Shown here: in pieces, positions 1-9,700 of the stretch | Numbering within the stretch: position 1 is the stretch's first letter | Layout: every line of letters begins with the position of its first letter | Source: an uncultured Thermoleophilia bacterium | GTDB taxonomy: Bacteria; Actinomycetota; Thermoleophilia; UBA2241 | Direction: 5' to 3' | NCBI GenBank assembly: GCA_963695395.1 | Contig: CAVOGK010000024.1 | Coordinates: forward strand, 53,430 to 117,429 | DNA: 64,000 nucleotides | Translations under genes and position numbers: made by a program | Notes under the pieces: model-generated | Seen by the model: only the letters and a program-made list of their open reading frames with translations | Database searches by the model: none | Told to the model about the DNA's origin: nothing

Positions 1-1078
<1,078 letters not shown>

Positions 1079-1082
<4 letters not shown>

Positions 1083-2040
1083 ACCACGTCGGCGAAGACG
1101 CGCTCCATGCGCCGGAAGTAGTAGAGGCCGCCCACCAGGACGACCAGCACGGCGACGACCGAGACCCAGAAGAGTTGACCGGGCGCCTGCTCGCCCGAAC
1201 AGAGCCCAGCGGAAGCCACCGATCACGCCGGTCATGGGGTTGAGGTTGTAGATCACCTGGACCCAGCCGGGAACGTGCTCGATCTTGCTCATCGGATAGA
1301 TCACCGGTGAGAGGAACATCCACAACTGGACCAGGAAGGGGATGATGTACTGCACGTCGCGGTAGAGCACGTTGAGCGCGCTCAGCCACAGCGACGACGC
1401 CGAGCGCGGTGACCAGCGCGAGCAGGACGAAGAGCGGGCAGGAAGACGATGTTCCAGGTGGGCGCCACTCCGTAGACGGCCATCAGGACCGCGAGCACGA
1501 CAGCAGCTGATCAGGAAGTCGGGCAGCGTGCCGAGCACCGCCGCTCGACGGGTATGACCAGGCGCGGGAAGTAGACCTTGGTGATCAGGTTGGCGTTGCC
1601 GACCAGGCTCGAGCCCGAGCGCCGAGAGCGCCGCCGCGAAGAGCTGCCAGGGAAGCAGGCCGGCGTAGCGTGAAGACCGCGTACGGCACGTCGTAGGTGC
1701 CGGTGCCGACGCCGAGGATCCTGTTGAACACGACCGTGAACACGACCATCGTGAGCACCGGCTGCAGCACCGCCCACGCCACGCCGAGCACGGCCTGCTT
1801 GTAGCGGATGAGGATGTCGCGCCACGTCAGGAAGTACAGCAGTTCGCGGTAGCGCCACAGCTCGCGCAGGCCGATCTTGACCCAGCCGCTGGACGGACGG
1901 ATGACCAGCGTCGGCGCGTCTTCGCGGACATTCGCTGCCGGCGAGGCCACGCTCATCGCCTCGCCAAACGCCGCGGCCGCGCCGCGCCGCGCATCATGGA
2001 CACTGCGATCGTTGTGTGAAGAGGAGCCCGCATCTGCCAC
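1079..2040 (-). pseudogene. ABC-2 type exporter permease (Wzm/TagG-like) with multiple frameshifts
   Basis: The N-terminal part is in ORF 1585..2040 ([37 protein letters not shown]). [120 protein letters not shown] and [26 protein letters not shown]-stop follow in alternating frames, so there are at least 7 frame changes. The likely native start is ATG 1956 (MSVASP...). Confidence 0.7.
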
Positions 2041-2054
2041 CCCTATCGGGTACT

Positions 2055-2095
2055 TCTCCGTCGCTCTTGAGCGAGTCTCGGCGGCCCCCCCTCAG
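2055..2095 (+). repeat. Degenerate copy of the intergenic repeat family, with a perfect 6+6 inverted repeat TCGCTC-TT-GAGCGA at 2061-2074
   Basis: CGCTCTTGAGCGAGTCTCGGCGGCCC matches the GCGCTCTTGAGCGACTCGCGGCCC core of the 35.1 kb units. It lies in the non-coding stretch upstream of the wzm-like gene. Confidence 0.4.
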
Positions 2096-2339
2096 AGCGC
2101 GGCCGTTACGCCGCGCCTGAGACACCCGGACAATCGCCCTCGCGTCGTTGTCGCGAGCAAAGGATAGCATGGACCGGCGCCCGTACCGGAAGCTGCCGCC
2201 AGCCTCATCGTAGAGCAGCGCTGGTTGCGGGTGGTCAACGGACGTGCTCGAGTACCGCCGTATGCTGTTCTGACAGAAGACGGGCGGTCCCGGACCAGCC
2301 CTCTCACCCTCCACGATCCATCGCAGGGATCGAGTTCTC

Positions 2340-2640
2340 GCAGCTTGTCAACGTGCGCGCCAGGGCCCCAAAGGCGACGGCCGGGCGGACGACACTGCGG
2401 CCTTCAAGGCGGCGCTTGCCGTCGCGGCACGCAAGAGGACGGGCATCTGCGTGCCTACGGGGGTGCATCGGGTATCGCGGATCACGCTTCCCAGCGGCGT
2501 CGTCGTCGCCGGGGCGGATTGCACGAAGGCCTGGCTCAAGGGCGGGCTCTCCGTCAGCAGCCGCATGACTGTTGCCGATCTCAAGATCGGCGACCGCGGA
2601 GTCGCCGGCCCCACGCGTCTCAGCTTGAACCGGGGCCGCA
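2340..2640 (+). pseudogene. Remnant of a second pectate-lyase-3 / beta-helix gene (N-terminal fragment only, with one frameshift)
   Basis: Translation LVNVRAR / GPKGDGRADDTAAFKAALAVAARKRTGICVPTGVHRVSRITLPSGVVVAGADCTKAWLKGGLSVSSRMTVADLKIGDRG parallels FDVRAYGAAGDGRSDDAEALRAAARAAAAVGGIVYLPAGVYVV...ARTWLKGRLDFGSRSTIEGLKIGTRG of the full gene downstream. It has no signal peptide and no beta-helix body. Confidence 0.45.
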
Positions 2641-2702
2641 CGCGGCGGGGGGTGGGTCGGACGACTCCGCCCCGCGGCTTCTTCGGCTACACTCTCCTCA
2701 CC

Positions 2703-4157
2703 ATGGTGAAACGAACCGTCGCCGGACTGGCCGCCGCACTCTGTCTGCTCCTTGGCGCCTGCGCCGCGGGCGACGAGCCTGAACCCGCCACTCGCTCCTC
2801 TCCCCCGCCCAGCGTCCCCAGCCCCGCGGACAGCCCGTCGGCGGACAGCCCGTCGGCGGACACGCCCGTGTTCGACGTGCGCGCCTACGGCGCCGCAGGC
2901 GACGGCCGAAGCGATGACGCGGAGGCGCTGCGCGCCGCGGCACGTGCGGCAGCCGCGGTCGGCGGCATCGTCTACCTTCCGGCCGGCGTCTACGTCGTCT
3001 CCGGCGACGGGCAGTTCGACCTTCCCGACGGCGCCAGCCTCCGTGGCGACGGGCCGGCGAGGACATGGCTCAAGGGCCGACTCGATTTCGGTTCGCGGTC
3101 GACCATAGAGGGACTCAAGATCGGCACCCGCGGGCTGTGCGCGGTGCGCAACCGCGACGCCAAGGATACGACCTTCTCCGACTGCCGCTTCCGCGGCGGA
3201 GGCGGAGAGGGCGATGACGCCGCGGTCGTCATGCTCGGGAGTAGCAGCTCCCGCGACAACGGACTGCGTCACGTCACGTTTCAGCGTTGCGACATCGAGC
3301 GCAACCTCGGTGTGGAAGACTGGAGCGTGAACAACGGATACGGTCACGGCTTCAACGACATCACGGTGCACGAGAATCCCGTGGCGGGTGGGAGCCATAT
3401 CGCCTACCTCACGTTCAACGCCTGCCATATCGGCGTCTCCAACGGCGCCGACGGGGCATCAACGGGGTCGCCGCGCGCCGGCATCGAGGTGTGGACGGGG
3501 CGCGCAGACCAGGTCGACCAGGGATGGGAGCATCTCACTCTCCGCGCCTGCACCTTCGAGGCGACCGACCGGTTCACGATCGACCTCGCCGACTACGAGA
3601 CCAGCACCGGCCGGCACCTCGCCGGCCCGGCGTTGATCGAGGGAAACGTGATCAAGGGCGCGGGAACGGGTCCCGGTCCTCACGATTGGGCGTACTGCAT
3701 CTGCCTGGAGGCGCCGCACGACGTGACGATCAGGGACAACCTCATCTACCGCGCCCACCTCACGGTCATTTGCGGCAGCGCCTCCCCAGAGGGAAAGACG
3801 ATCATGCAGGACAACGTCATTGACCTGACCGTGTCCAACGGCGTCACCATGAACGACGATGAGGTGGTCACGCTGAAGGGCGGTGGAGGGTCGTTCACCG
3901 GCAACGTCATCCGCGGCGGAGCCGGTGCGGGCCCGTTCCTCCTGATCAAGGAGACGAGCGGCCAGGTCGTCACCGGCAACCGCCTGTATGATCTGCGTTC
4001 GTCTGGCTCGCCGCCGATGATCGTGATCCGGGACGCCTCCGGCAACACAGTGACGGGCAACCTCTTGTGGTCGGCAGGGCCCTCACCACCGACCATCAGC
4101 TCCGAGGGTTCCAGCCGTGACAACGTCCTCGAGCCAAACCGCCTCCGTCACCGGTAG
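2703..4157 (+). CDS. Lipoprotein with a right-handed parallel beta-helix (pectate-lyase superfamily / Pectate_lyase_3-type N-terminus)
   Basis: This is the in-frame part of ORF 2451..4157. MVKRTVAGLAAALCLLLGAC carries a lipobox, followed by a Pro/Ser-rich linker (PSADSPSADSPSAD), then FDVRAYGAAGDGRSDDAEAL...VYLPAGVY and repeated NxxI/GNxI beta-helix rungs (GNVIKG, DNLIYR, DNVIDL, GNVIRG, GNRLYD, GNLLW). Confidence 0.8.
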   Translation: MVKRTVAGLAAALCLLLGACAAGDEPEPATRSSPPPSVPSPADSPSADSPSADTPVFDVRAYGAAGDGRSDDAEALRAAARAAAAVGGIVYLPAGVYVVSGDGQFDLPDGASLRGDGPARTWLKGRLDFGSRSTIEGLKIGTRGLCAVRNRDAKDTTFSDCRFRGGGGEGDDAAVVMLGSSSSRDNGLRHVTFQRCDIERNLGVEDWSVNNGYGHGFNDITVHENPVAGGSHIAYLTFNACHIGVSNGADGASTGSPRAGIEVWTGRADQVDQGWEHLTLRACTFEATDRFTIDLADYETSTGRHLAGPALIEGNVIKGAGTGPGPHDWAYCICLEAPHDVTIRDNLIYRAHLTVICGSASPEGKTIMQDNVIDLTVSNGVTMNDDEVVTLKGGGGSFTGNVIRGGAGAGPFLLIKETSGQVVTGNRLYDLRSSGSPPMIVIRDASGNTVTGNLLWSAGPSPPTISSEGSSRDNVLEPNRLRHR

Positions 4158-4223
4158 GTCGATGTCTCACCGTCTGCGCTGACAAGCCCTGATGATGGCC
4201 GCCGGGCGACGGTGCGGCTGCGA

Positions 4224-4372
4224 TCAAGGCCGACGCCCACGCCTGGCTGGTCAGGAACCCCCGCTCTGCGACAAGCGGCCATTCCTCTGTATCGCCGCCT
4301 TCAGCACACGCGGGGTCTGATCGCACGCAAAGCCGCGCGCGTACCGTACGACCCATTCCTGGACGTAGACCG
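4224..4372 (+). repeat. Direct repeat copy 1: a truncated, frameshifted duplicate of the 5' coding end of gene 5444..6841
   Basis: 149 nt versus 148 nt at 5586-5733, with 6 substitutions and one extra C in the C-run at 4258-4262. It encodes KADAHAWLVRNP / ALRQAAIPLYRRLQHTRGLIARKAARVPYDPFLDVDR. Confidence 0.9.
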
Positions 4373-4626
4373 AAGACCGCCCCCCGCAGAACGAGTCCGT
4401 CTGCTCACCGGCACCGCTCGTGCCTATCCCCCGTGTGACCGACAGGTCGAAAGGGAGGCTGCCCATCGCGGTGTTGGCGCACTGAGTTGACCGAACGTCC
4501 GGGTCGCGGCGCCAAGGCACTGGAGCCGCGAACATCACAACGTCAACGAGCCGGCGCGGCGCATCCCCGGCACCGCGCGGATCTGGTCACCACGGGGTAT
4601 GGGGGGCCTCGCCGCGCCGACTCCAG

Positions 4627-5307
4627 CTACTCTTCGACAGAACGCAGAACCAGTGCGTGCGTCTCGGAGACGGGGCCCAACAGGCGCAGGACTTCGAGGA
4701 CCTCGAAGCCAGCCTTCGGCGCCAACTCAGAAGCCGCACGATCCGAGAGAGGATGCCATCCAGCGAGGGTGCGACCTCTGCGTGCTTGTATCGCGCGCCG
4801 CAGCCGCAGCCACAGCGTATCCCCGGGATACGTGATGACGGCGCCGTACTTGGCTATCGCCCGAATCTGGCGAAGTGCCTCGACTTGGGCATCGACTGGC
4901 AGATGGCCGAAGAGGCGCAGACTCACTGCGCAATCGGCCGCGGGGACGAACTCCGGCAAGCGCTCGACGCGGCCAAGGAGGTACTCGTCGGCACCGCCAC
5001 GAGCTTGAGCGATCGCGAGCATGTCCGCCGACGCGTCCACCGCGACGACGCGCAGCCCTGAGCGTGCGAGCCTGATCGTCATGCGGCCGGTGCCTGCCGG
5101 AACGTCGACGACACTCATCAGCCGGCCGGTGCGGGCCATGAGCGCGGACAAGCCTCGGACGACCAGGCGCCATTCAAGGCCGTCGACGAGGCTGCCACGC
5201 CACGATGTGAACCGGCGCTCGTCGTAGGCCGATGCGCGTGACCCATTGTAGGCGTGTAGAGCGCCGTAGTCTTCCACAACGAATCCTTCCGAAGGCGCAT
5301 CTCTCAT
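4627..5307 (-). CDS. Class I SAM-dependent methyltransferase
   Basis: Trimmed from ORF 4627..5523 to ATG 5307 (MRDAPSEG...). Motif I is VVDVPAGTGRMTIRLARSGLRVVAVDASADML. The gene lies between the two 149-nt repeat copies. Confidence 0.8.
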   Translation of the reverse strand: MRDAPSEGFVVEDYGALHAYNGSRASAYDERRFTSWRGSLVDGLEWRLVVRGLSALMARTGRLMSVVDVPAGTGRMTIRLARSGLRVVAVDASADMLAIAQARGGADEYLLGRVERLPEFVPAADCAVSLRLFGHLPVDAQVEALRQIRAIAKYGAVITYPGDTLWLRLRRAIQARRGRTLAGWHPLSDRAASELAPKAGFEVLEVLRLLGPVSETHALVLRSVEE

Positions 5308-5443
5308 GCTGCGCCGCAGGGGCTGGTGCCACCCAAGCACAGCCGAGTCGTGCGCACGATACCACAGCGGCTGCAGTCCGACGTGCGAGACGCAGACCAG
5401 AGGGTCTCGAGATCGCACGGCCGCGCCGCGTGCGCGTGGTACC

Positions 5444-6841
5444 ATGCGATCTGTCGACCGAAACCACCGCCAGGGGACGCCAGTCGTGGGGGATGCACGG
5501 GTGCGCCGGCCGGAAACACGCATTCAGCCGCGCTTTGTGCGCGGTGTGAGCCGCTACAAGCGCGAGAACGCGACGCTTGTCGCGGTCAAGGCCGACGCCC
5601 ACGCCTGGCTGGTCAGGAACCCCGCTCTGCGACAAGCGGCCATCCCTCTGTATCGTCGCCTTCAGCACACGCGGGGTCTGATCGCACGCAAGGCCGCACG
5701 CGTACCGTGCGACCCATTCCTGCACGTAGACCGTATTCTGTGGCTTGCGCCTGCAGACATACGCTTCAAGACCCTCGCGCCGGGTAGCGCCTTCCGCAAT
5801 CTGGGCTGTGGCTGGCTGCTCGACGGCGACTGGGACGTGTTCGAACACCCCTTCGTCAACGACATGCGTTACCGCACGATGCGCGACGTGATCCGGGACG
5901 GCCTGCCCTGGACGGCCACGGAGGAGTATGCCGGCGCCGCCGCCTCGATCGCTCAAGGCGTCCCGTTCCAGCACTGCCGCACGATAGCCGAGCTCGACGC
6001 GCGCTGCGCCGCTCTCGACCGCGTGATCGACAGCCTACGGACGGACGGGTACCTGACGCAGGATGAGATCAGGCGCCGAGGACACGCGGTCGGGCTCGGC
6101 CGAGACGACGAGATGACGGTCGCTATCGGACGGGACGGCGACATCTTCTACCGCGACGGCGCACATCGGCTCGCCATGGCGCAGCTGCTCGGCCTCGACC
6201 GCATCGCCGTGCGCGTCACAATCCGCCACCCGGAGTGGATGGCGCTCCGCAGGCACGTCGCCGGGGTCGCCGGTCGTGGTGGCGGTGCGGTCCCGCAACC
6301 GATCCTGCACCCCGACCTCGACAACGTGCCGTCGCGACAGCGGTGTGATGAGCGCTGGAGGGCGGTTCGGCGCACCGTTGCGTCCGGTAGCAGCGTGGTC
6401 GACCTCGCGCCGGGCTGGGGGTACTTCTGCCAGCGACTGACGAAAGCCGGCCGACGCTGCGCGGCTGTCGCGATGCCTCCAAGCGAACGCCCGATACTCG
6501 AACGACTCGGCCGCGCCGGACGTGACTATGCGGTCATCCCGGCCGATGCGCCACAGATAGTCGCTGGCGACGGAGGCCGATTCCAGATCGCATTGCTGCT
6601 CGACGACGGCCTTCCCGGGCCACGTCATGCCGCCCTCCCCGGGCTCCTTGCGCTCCTCGCAGAGGCGCGGCCGCGGGAGCTGCTGGTGGAACCCGCGGCC
6701 TTCGCGCCCGACGCCGCGCGCGGCGATCACGCGGGTGACGTCGCCGCAGTCCTGGCGGCGCTGAACGAGGCCGGCGGGTACACCGAGACCCGAACACTCC
6801 TGGGCGAGTCGGAGGCCGGCCCCCTGCTCCGTCTTTCCTGA
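5444..6841 (+). CDS. Hypothetical two-domain protein: a ParB/sulfiredoxin-like (ParBc) segment plus a C-terminal Rossmann / SAM-methyltransferase-like segment
   Basis: ORF 5306..6841; the start is uncertain, and ATG 5444 was chosen because it clears the divergent methyltransferase. It carries VAIGRDGDIFYRDGAHRLAMAQLLGLDRIAVRV (a DGxHR ParBc-type motif) and VVDLAPGWGYFCQRLTKAGRRCAAV (similar to MTase motif I). Confidence 0.55.
   Translation: MRSVDRNHRQGTPVVGDARVRRPETRIQPRFVRGVSRYKRENATLVAVKADAHAWLVRNPALRQAAIPLYRRLQHTRGLIARKAARVPCDPFLHVDRILWLAPADIRFKTLAPGSAFRNLGCGWLLDGDWDVFEHPFVNDMRYRTMRDVIRDGLPWTATEEYAGAAASIAQGVPFQHCRTIAELDARCAALDRVIDSLRTDGYLTQDEIRRRGHAVGLGRDDEMTVAIGRDGDIFYRDGAHRLAMAQLLGLDRIAVRVTIRHPEWMALRRHVAGVAGRGGGAVPQPILHPDLDNVPSRQRCDERWRAVRRTVASGSSVVDLAPGWGYFCQRLTKAGRRCAAVAMPPSERPILERLGRAGRDYAVIPADAPQIVAGDGGRFQIALLLDDGLPGPRHAALPGLLALLAEARPRELLVEPAAFAPDAARGDHAGDVAAVLAALNEAGGYTETRTLLGESEAGPLLRLS
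5586..5733 (+). repeat. Direct repeat copy 2 (the intact 5' coding region of gene 5444..6841)
   Basis: See copy 1; about 95 percent identical. Confidence 0.9.
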
Positions 6842-6905
6842 AGACCGGGGTGACTTGAGCCCGGGCGCGCCCGCGAGGGAGAATGACCCCGGAAAGGGGA
6901 TCGCA

Positions 6906-8291
6906 ATGGACGACAGTCGCGTTGCCGCGGGAAACGAGCTGGCCGATCTCGACGCCGTCCTGCTGCGCCTATCGCGCTCCCCCCTGCTGCGCGACTGCGA
7001 GGTGTACGAGCTCGCCTCCAGCGACCCGCCCCCCGTGGACCTTGCTGATGCGCTGAAGGCGGCGCTCTCCAGCCCCATCGGGACACCGCCCCTCCACGTG
7101 CTCGCGCAGGGGCGGTCGAGCGCCGCAATCATCACGACCGATGCGACACGCGCCACACCGAGCGCCGCCATGATCGGCCCGGTCGTGGAGGAGCTCCTCA
7201 GGGGCGGGATCGCGCTCGAAGCCATCGACGTGGTCATCGGCCTGGGCGCCCACCGTCCGGCGACGCCGCAGGAGATCGTGCGCCTCATGGGCGCCGAGTG
7301 GGCGTCACGGCTGCGTATCACGAACCACAACGCGCGGGCTCGCGACCTCGTTCGCATCGGAAGCACCGCACGTGGTGTCCCCCTGCTCATCAATCGGCGC
7401 GTGGCGCAGGCGGATCTGCGCATCGCCTTGGGCCAGGTCGAACCGCACGAGTTTGCCGGATTCACGGGCGGCCGCAAGGCGATCCTGCCATCAGTCGCCG
7501 GCTACGAGAGCATCATCCGCAATCACAGCCTCGAGATGCTGGAGGCGGACGCGGCGCGGCAGGGCGTCTTGGAGGGCAACCCCATCCATGAGGAGATGGT
7601 GGCTGCCGCCCGGCTCGCGGACTTGCACTTCATCGTCAACGTGGCCCTCGACCGCGAGCTGAGACCGGTCGCCATCGCGGCCGGGGACGTCGAGGCCGCA
7701 CACGGCGAACTGGTCCGCTTCTTGCGCCGCTGCCTGGGCGTCAAGCCGCCCGACAGAGCCCCGGCCGTGATCGTCACCGGTCCGGGGCAGCCGCTGGACA
7801 TCAATCTCTACCAAACGATCAAGGCGCTGGTCGGCGTCGAGCCTCTGCTCGACGCCCGCCAGACCACGGATCCGAGCCCGGCCCTCCTGCTGTTGTCCCG
7901 GTGCTGGGACGGCGGAGGCTCAGACGAGATGTTCGAGCCCTTCCTGCAGGCGCGGGATCGTCTCGCCGTCAAGCCGGCCGGTTCATTGACGGTCTCGCAG
8001 GAGGCCATGGCCTCTCTCGAGCAGGACTACACGATCGAGAAGGACGAGGCATACTACATCGCCCGTGTGACCCCCAAGTGCCGGCGCGTGGTCGCGTGCT
8101 GCCCCGGCGTTGCAGACGAGCGCCTGAGGGCGCTGGACTGGCAGACGGCGGCAGACGCGAGCTCGGGCCTCGCGGAGACGCTCCGACTCACTCGCGAGCT
8201 TCACGCCGAAGGGCGAGGGCGGCGCCCGGACGAGGGTACCGCGCCCCTCGTCCTGCTCTGCCCCCGCCCTCAGCGAGTGCTCTTCTCCTAG
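6906..8291 (+). CDS. LarA-like (DUF2088) nickel-pincer-cofactor-dependent racemase/epimerase homolog
   Basis: ORF 6855..8291, trimmed to ATG 6906, which has GGAAAGGGG 6-7 nt upstream. LarA-family blocks are present: IITTDATRATP, VIGLGAHRPATPQE, GQVEPHEFAGFTGGRKAILPSVAGYESIIRNHS. Confidence 0.75.
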   Translation: MDDSRVAAGNELADLDAVLLRLSRSPLLRDCEVYELASSDPPPVDLADALKAALSSPIGTPPLHVLAQGRSSAAIITTDATRATPSAAMIGPVVEELLRGGIALEAIDVVIGLGAHRPATPQEIVRLMGAEWASRLRITNHNARARDLVRIGSTARGVPLLINRRVAQADLRIALGQVEPHEFAGFTGGRKAILPSVAGYESIIRNHSLEMLEADAARQGVLEGNPIHEEMVAAARLADLHFIVNVALDRELRPVAIAAGDVEAAHGELVRFLRRCLGVKPPDRAPAVIVTGPGQPLDINLYQTIKALVGVEPLLDARQTTDPSPALLLLSRCWDGGGSDEMFEPFLQARDRLAVKPAGSLTVSQEAMASLEQDYTIEKDEAYYIARVTPKCRRVVACCPGVADERLRALDWQTAADASSGLAETLRLTRELHAEGRGRRPDEGTAPLVLLCPRPQRVLFS

Positions 8292-8300
8292 CTCGGCCGG

Positions 8301-9491
8301 TCAGGAGCGAAAGAAGCTCACCAGCCGGTCGATGCCTTCGTTGTAGCGCTCACTTGTGAACGACAGACGCAGCGTCTCGGGAATGCCGAAGTCGCTGCCC
8401 GGCACGGTGGCCACGTGGACGGCCTTCATGATCTCCCGCGCCAGATCGAGCGAGCTGGTCAGACCGCGGTTGCGCATCGCGGCGCTGCACTCCAGCGTGA
8501 GGTAGAAGCCTCCTCGTGACGGCAGCGCATCCACATCCGCGACCGTGGCGAACTGCTCGAGCGTGTAGTCGCGCCGGCGCTTGCAGTTCGCGACCAGTCC
8601 CTCCACGACCTCCAGATCGCCGAGCGCCGCGATGCCACCGAACTGGACCACCGGGTCGGTGCAGAGCAGGGTGTGATGCTGGACCACCGTCAGCGGCTCG
8701 GCGAGCTCGTCGGGCACCACCGCCCAGCCGACGCGCCGCGCGTACATGCTGTGCCCCTTCGAGAAACCGTTGGTGATCGCCATCGGAGAACGAGCGTCGC
8801 GAAGCTGTGCGGCGGAGAAGGGCTCGTCGTCAAAGTAGGCGTTGGCGTAGATCTCGTCGTTGAGGATGAGGGCCCGGCCGTCCACTACCTCGTCGATGGC
8901 CGCAAACTGCTCCAGAGACACCGTGTTGCCGAGCGGGTTTCCGGGTGAGTTGACGACCACGATCTTCGTGGCGTCCGACATCTGCGCCGCGAGTCCGTCC
9001 ATGTCGATGGCCAACGTGTCCAGCCCGACGTCGTAGTACTTGACGGTGGCGCCGGCGAGCATGGCGCAGATCACGTAGAGGGGATAGTACGGCCGCGGCA
9101 AGAGGACCTCGTCCCCGGGGCCGGCGAGCAGCTGGAAGATGTTGCGGAAGTGGGAGCTGGTGCCGACGTTGACCAGCACGTTCGCCGGCTCGATGTCGGC
9201 GCCGTAGCGGTCGGCGTAGTCCTGAGCGATCCGCGCCCGCAATTCGGGTAGACCTGCCGGGAAGACCAGGTTGTTCTTGTCCTGGTCGACGATGGCATCC
9301 CTCATCGCCGCGACCACCGACGCAGCGGGCGGCAGCTGCGACTTGCCCAGCGTCAGCCGGATCACGTCGTCGTACTTCTGCTCGTACTCGTAGGCCATCT
9401 CGTCGAGGACGAACATGAGGAACTCCTGACCGCCAAGATCGAGGCGCGGCCGAAGCTGGGGGACGGACGAGCGTTCTGCCTGGTCTGTCAT
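8301..9491 (-). CDS. PLP-dependent aminotransferase, class I/II
   Basis: ORF 8301..9683, trimmed to ATG 9491, which has GGGAGAGGGAG upstream. It carries VVVNSPGNPLGN and the Lys motif NGFSKGHSMYARRVGW, with a C-terminal ATVPGSDFG...LRLSF. Confidence 0.85.
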   Translation of the reverse strand: MTDQAERSSVPQLRPRLDLGGQEFLMFVLDEMAYEYEQKYDDVIRLTLGKSQLPPAASVVAAMRDAIVDQDKNNLVFPAGLPELRARIAQDYADRYGADIEPANVLVNVGTSSHFRNIFQLLAGPGDEVLLPRPYYPLYVICAMLAGATVKYYDVGLDTLAIDMDGLAAQMSDATKIVVVNSPGNPLGNTVSLEQFAAIDEVVDGRALILNDEIYANAYFDDEPFSAAQLRDARSPMAITNGFSKGHSMYARRVGWAVVPDELAEPLTVVQHHTLLCTDPVVQFGGIAALGDLEVVEGLVANCKRRRDYTLEQFATVADVDALPSRGGFYLTLECSAAMRNRGLTSSLDLAREIMKAVHVATVPGSDFGIPETLRLSFTSERYNEGIDRLVSFFRS

Positions 9492-9700
9492 ATGTGACTC
9501 CCTCTCCCTGGGCCGGCCTCGCCGGCTGTCAAGCGCGCCCCACCTGACGCGGCCCCGCGCGCGCGTGGCCTCGAATGGTAGGGTCCTCGGGCAGCGTACG
9601 CAAGTACCGAGCGTTGCCACCCCGGACAGCGTCGCGCCCCGTACGGGGCCGAAGTGGGTGTACCATTTCTCGCACGCGCCCATGAAACGGAGGCAGGATC

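Noticed and set aside
4373-4626. Possible gene remnant or small RNA between repeat copy 1 and the methyltransferase stop (minus ORF 4251..4538, plus ORF 4212..4490)
   Set aside because: Outside the repeat, the translations have no recognisable motifs, and both ORFs are largely explained by the duplicated fragment read in or out of frame.
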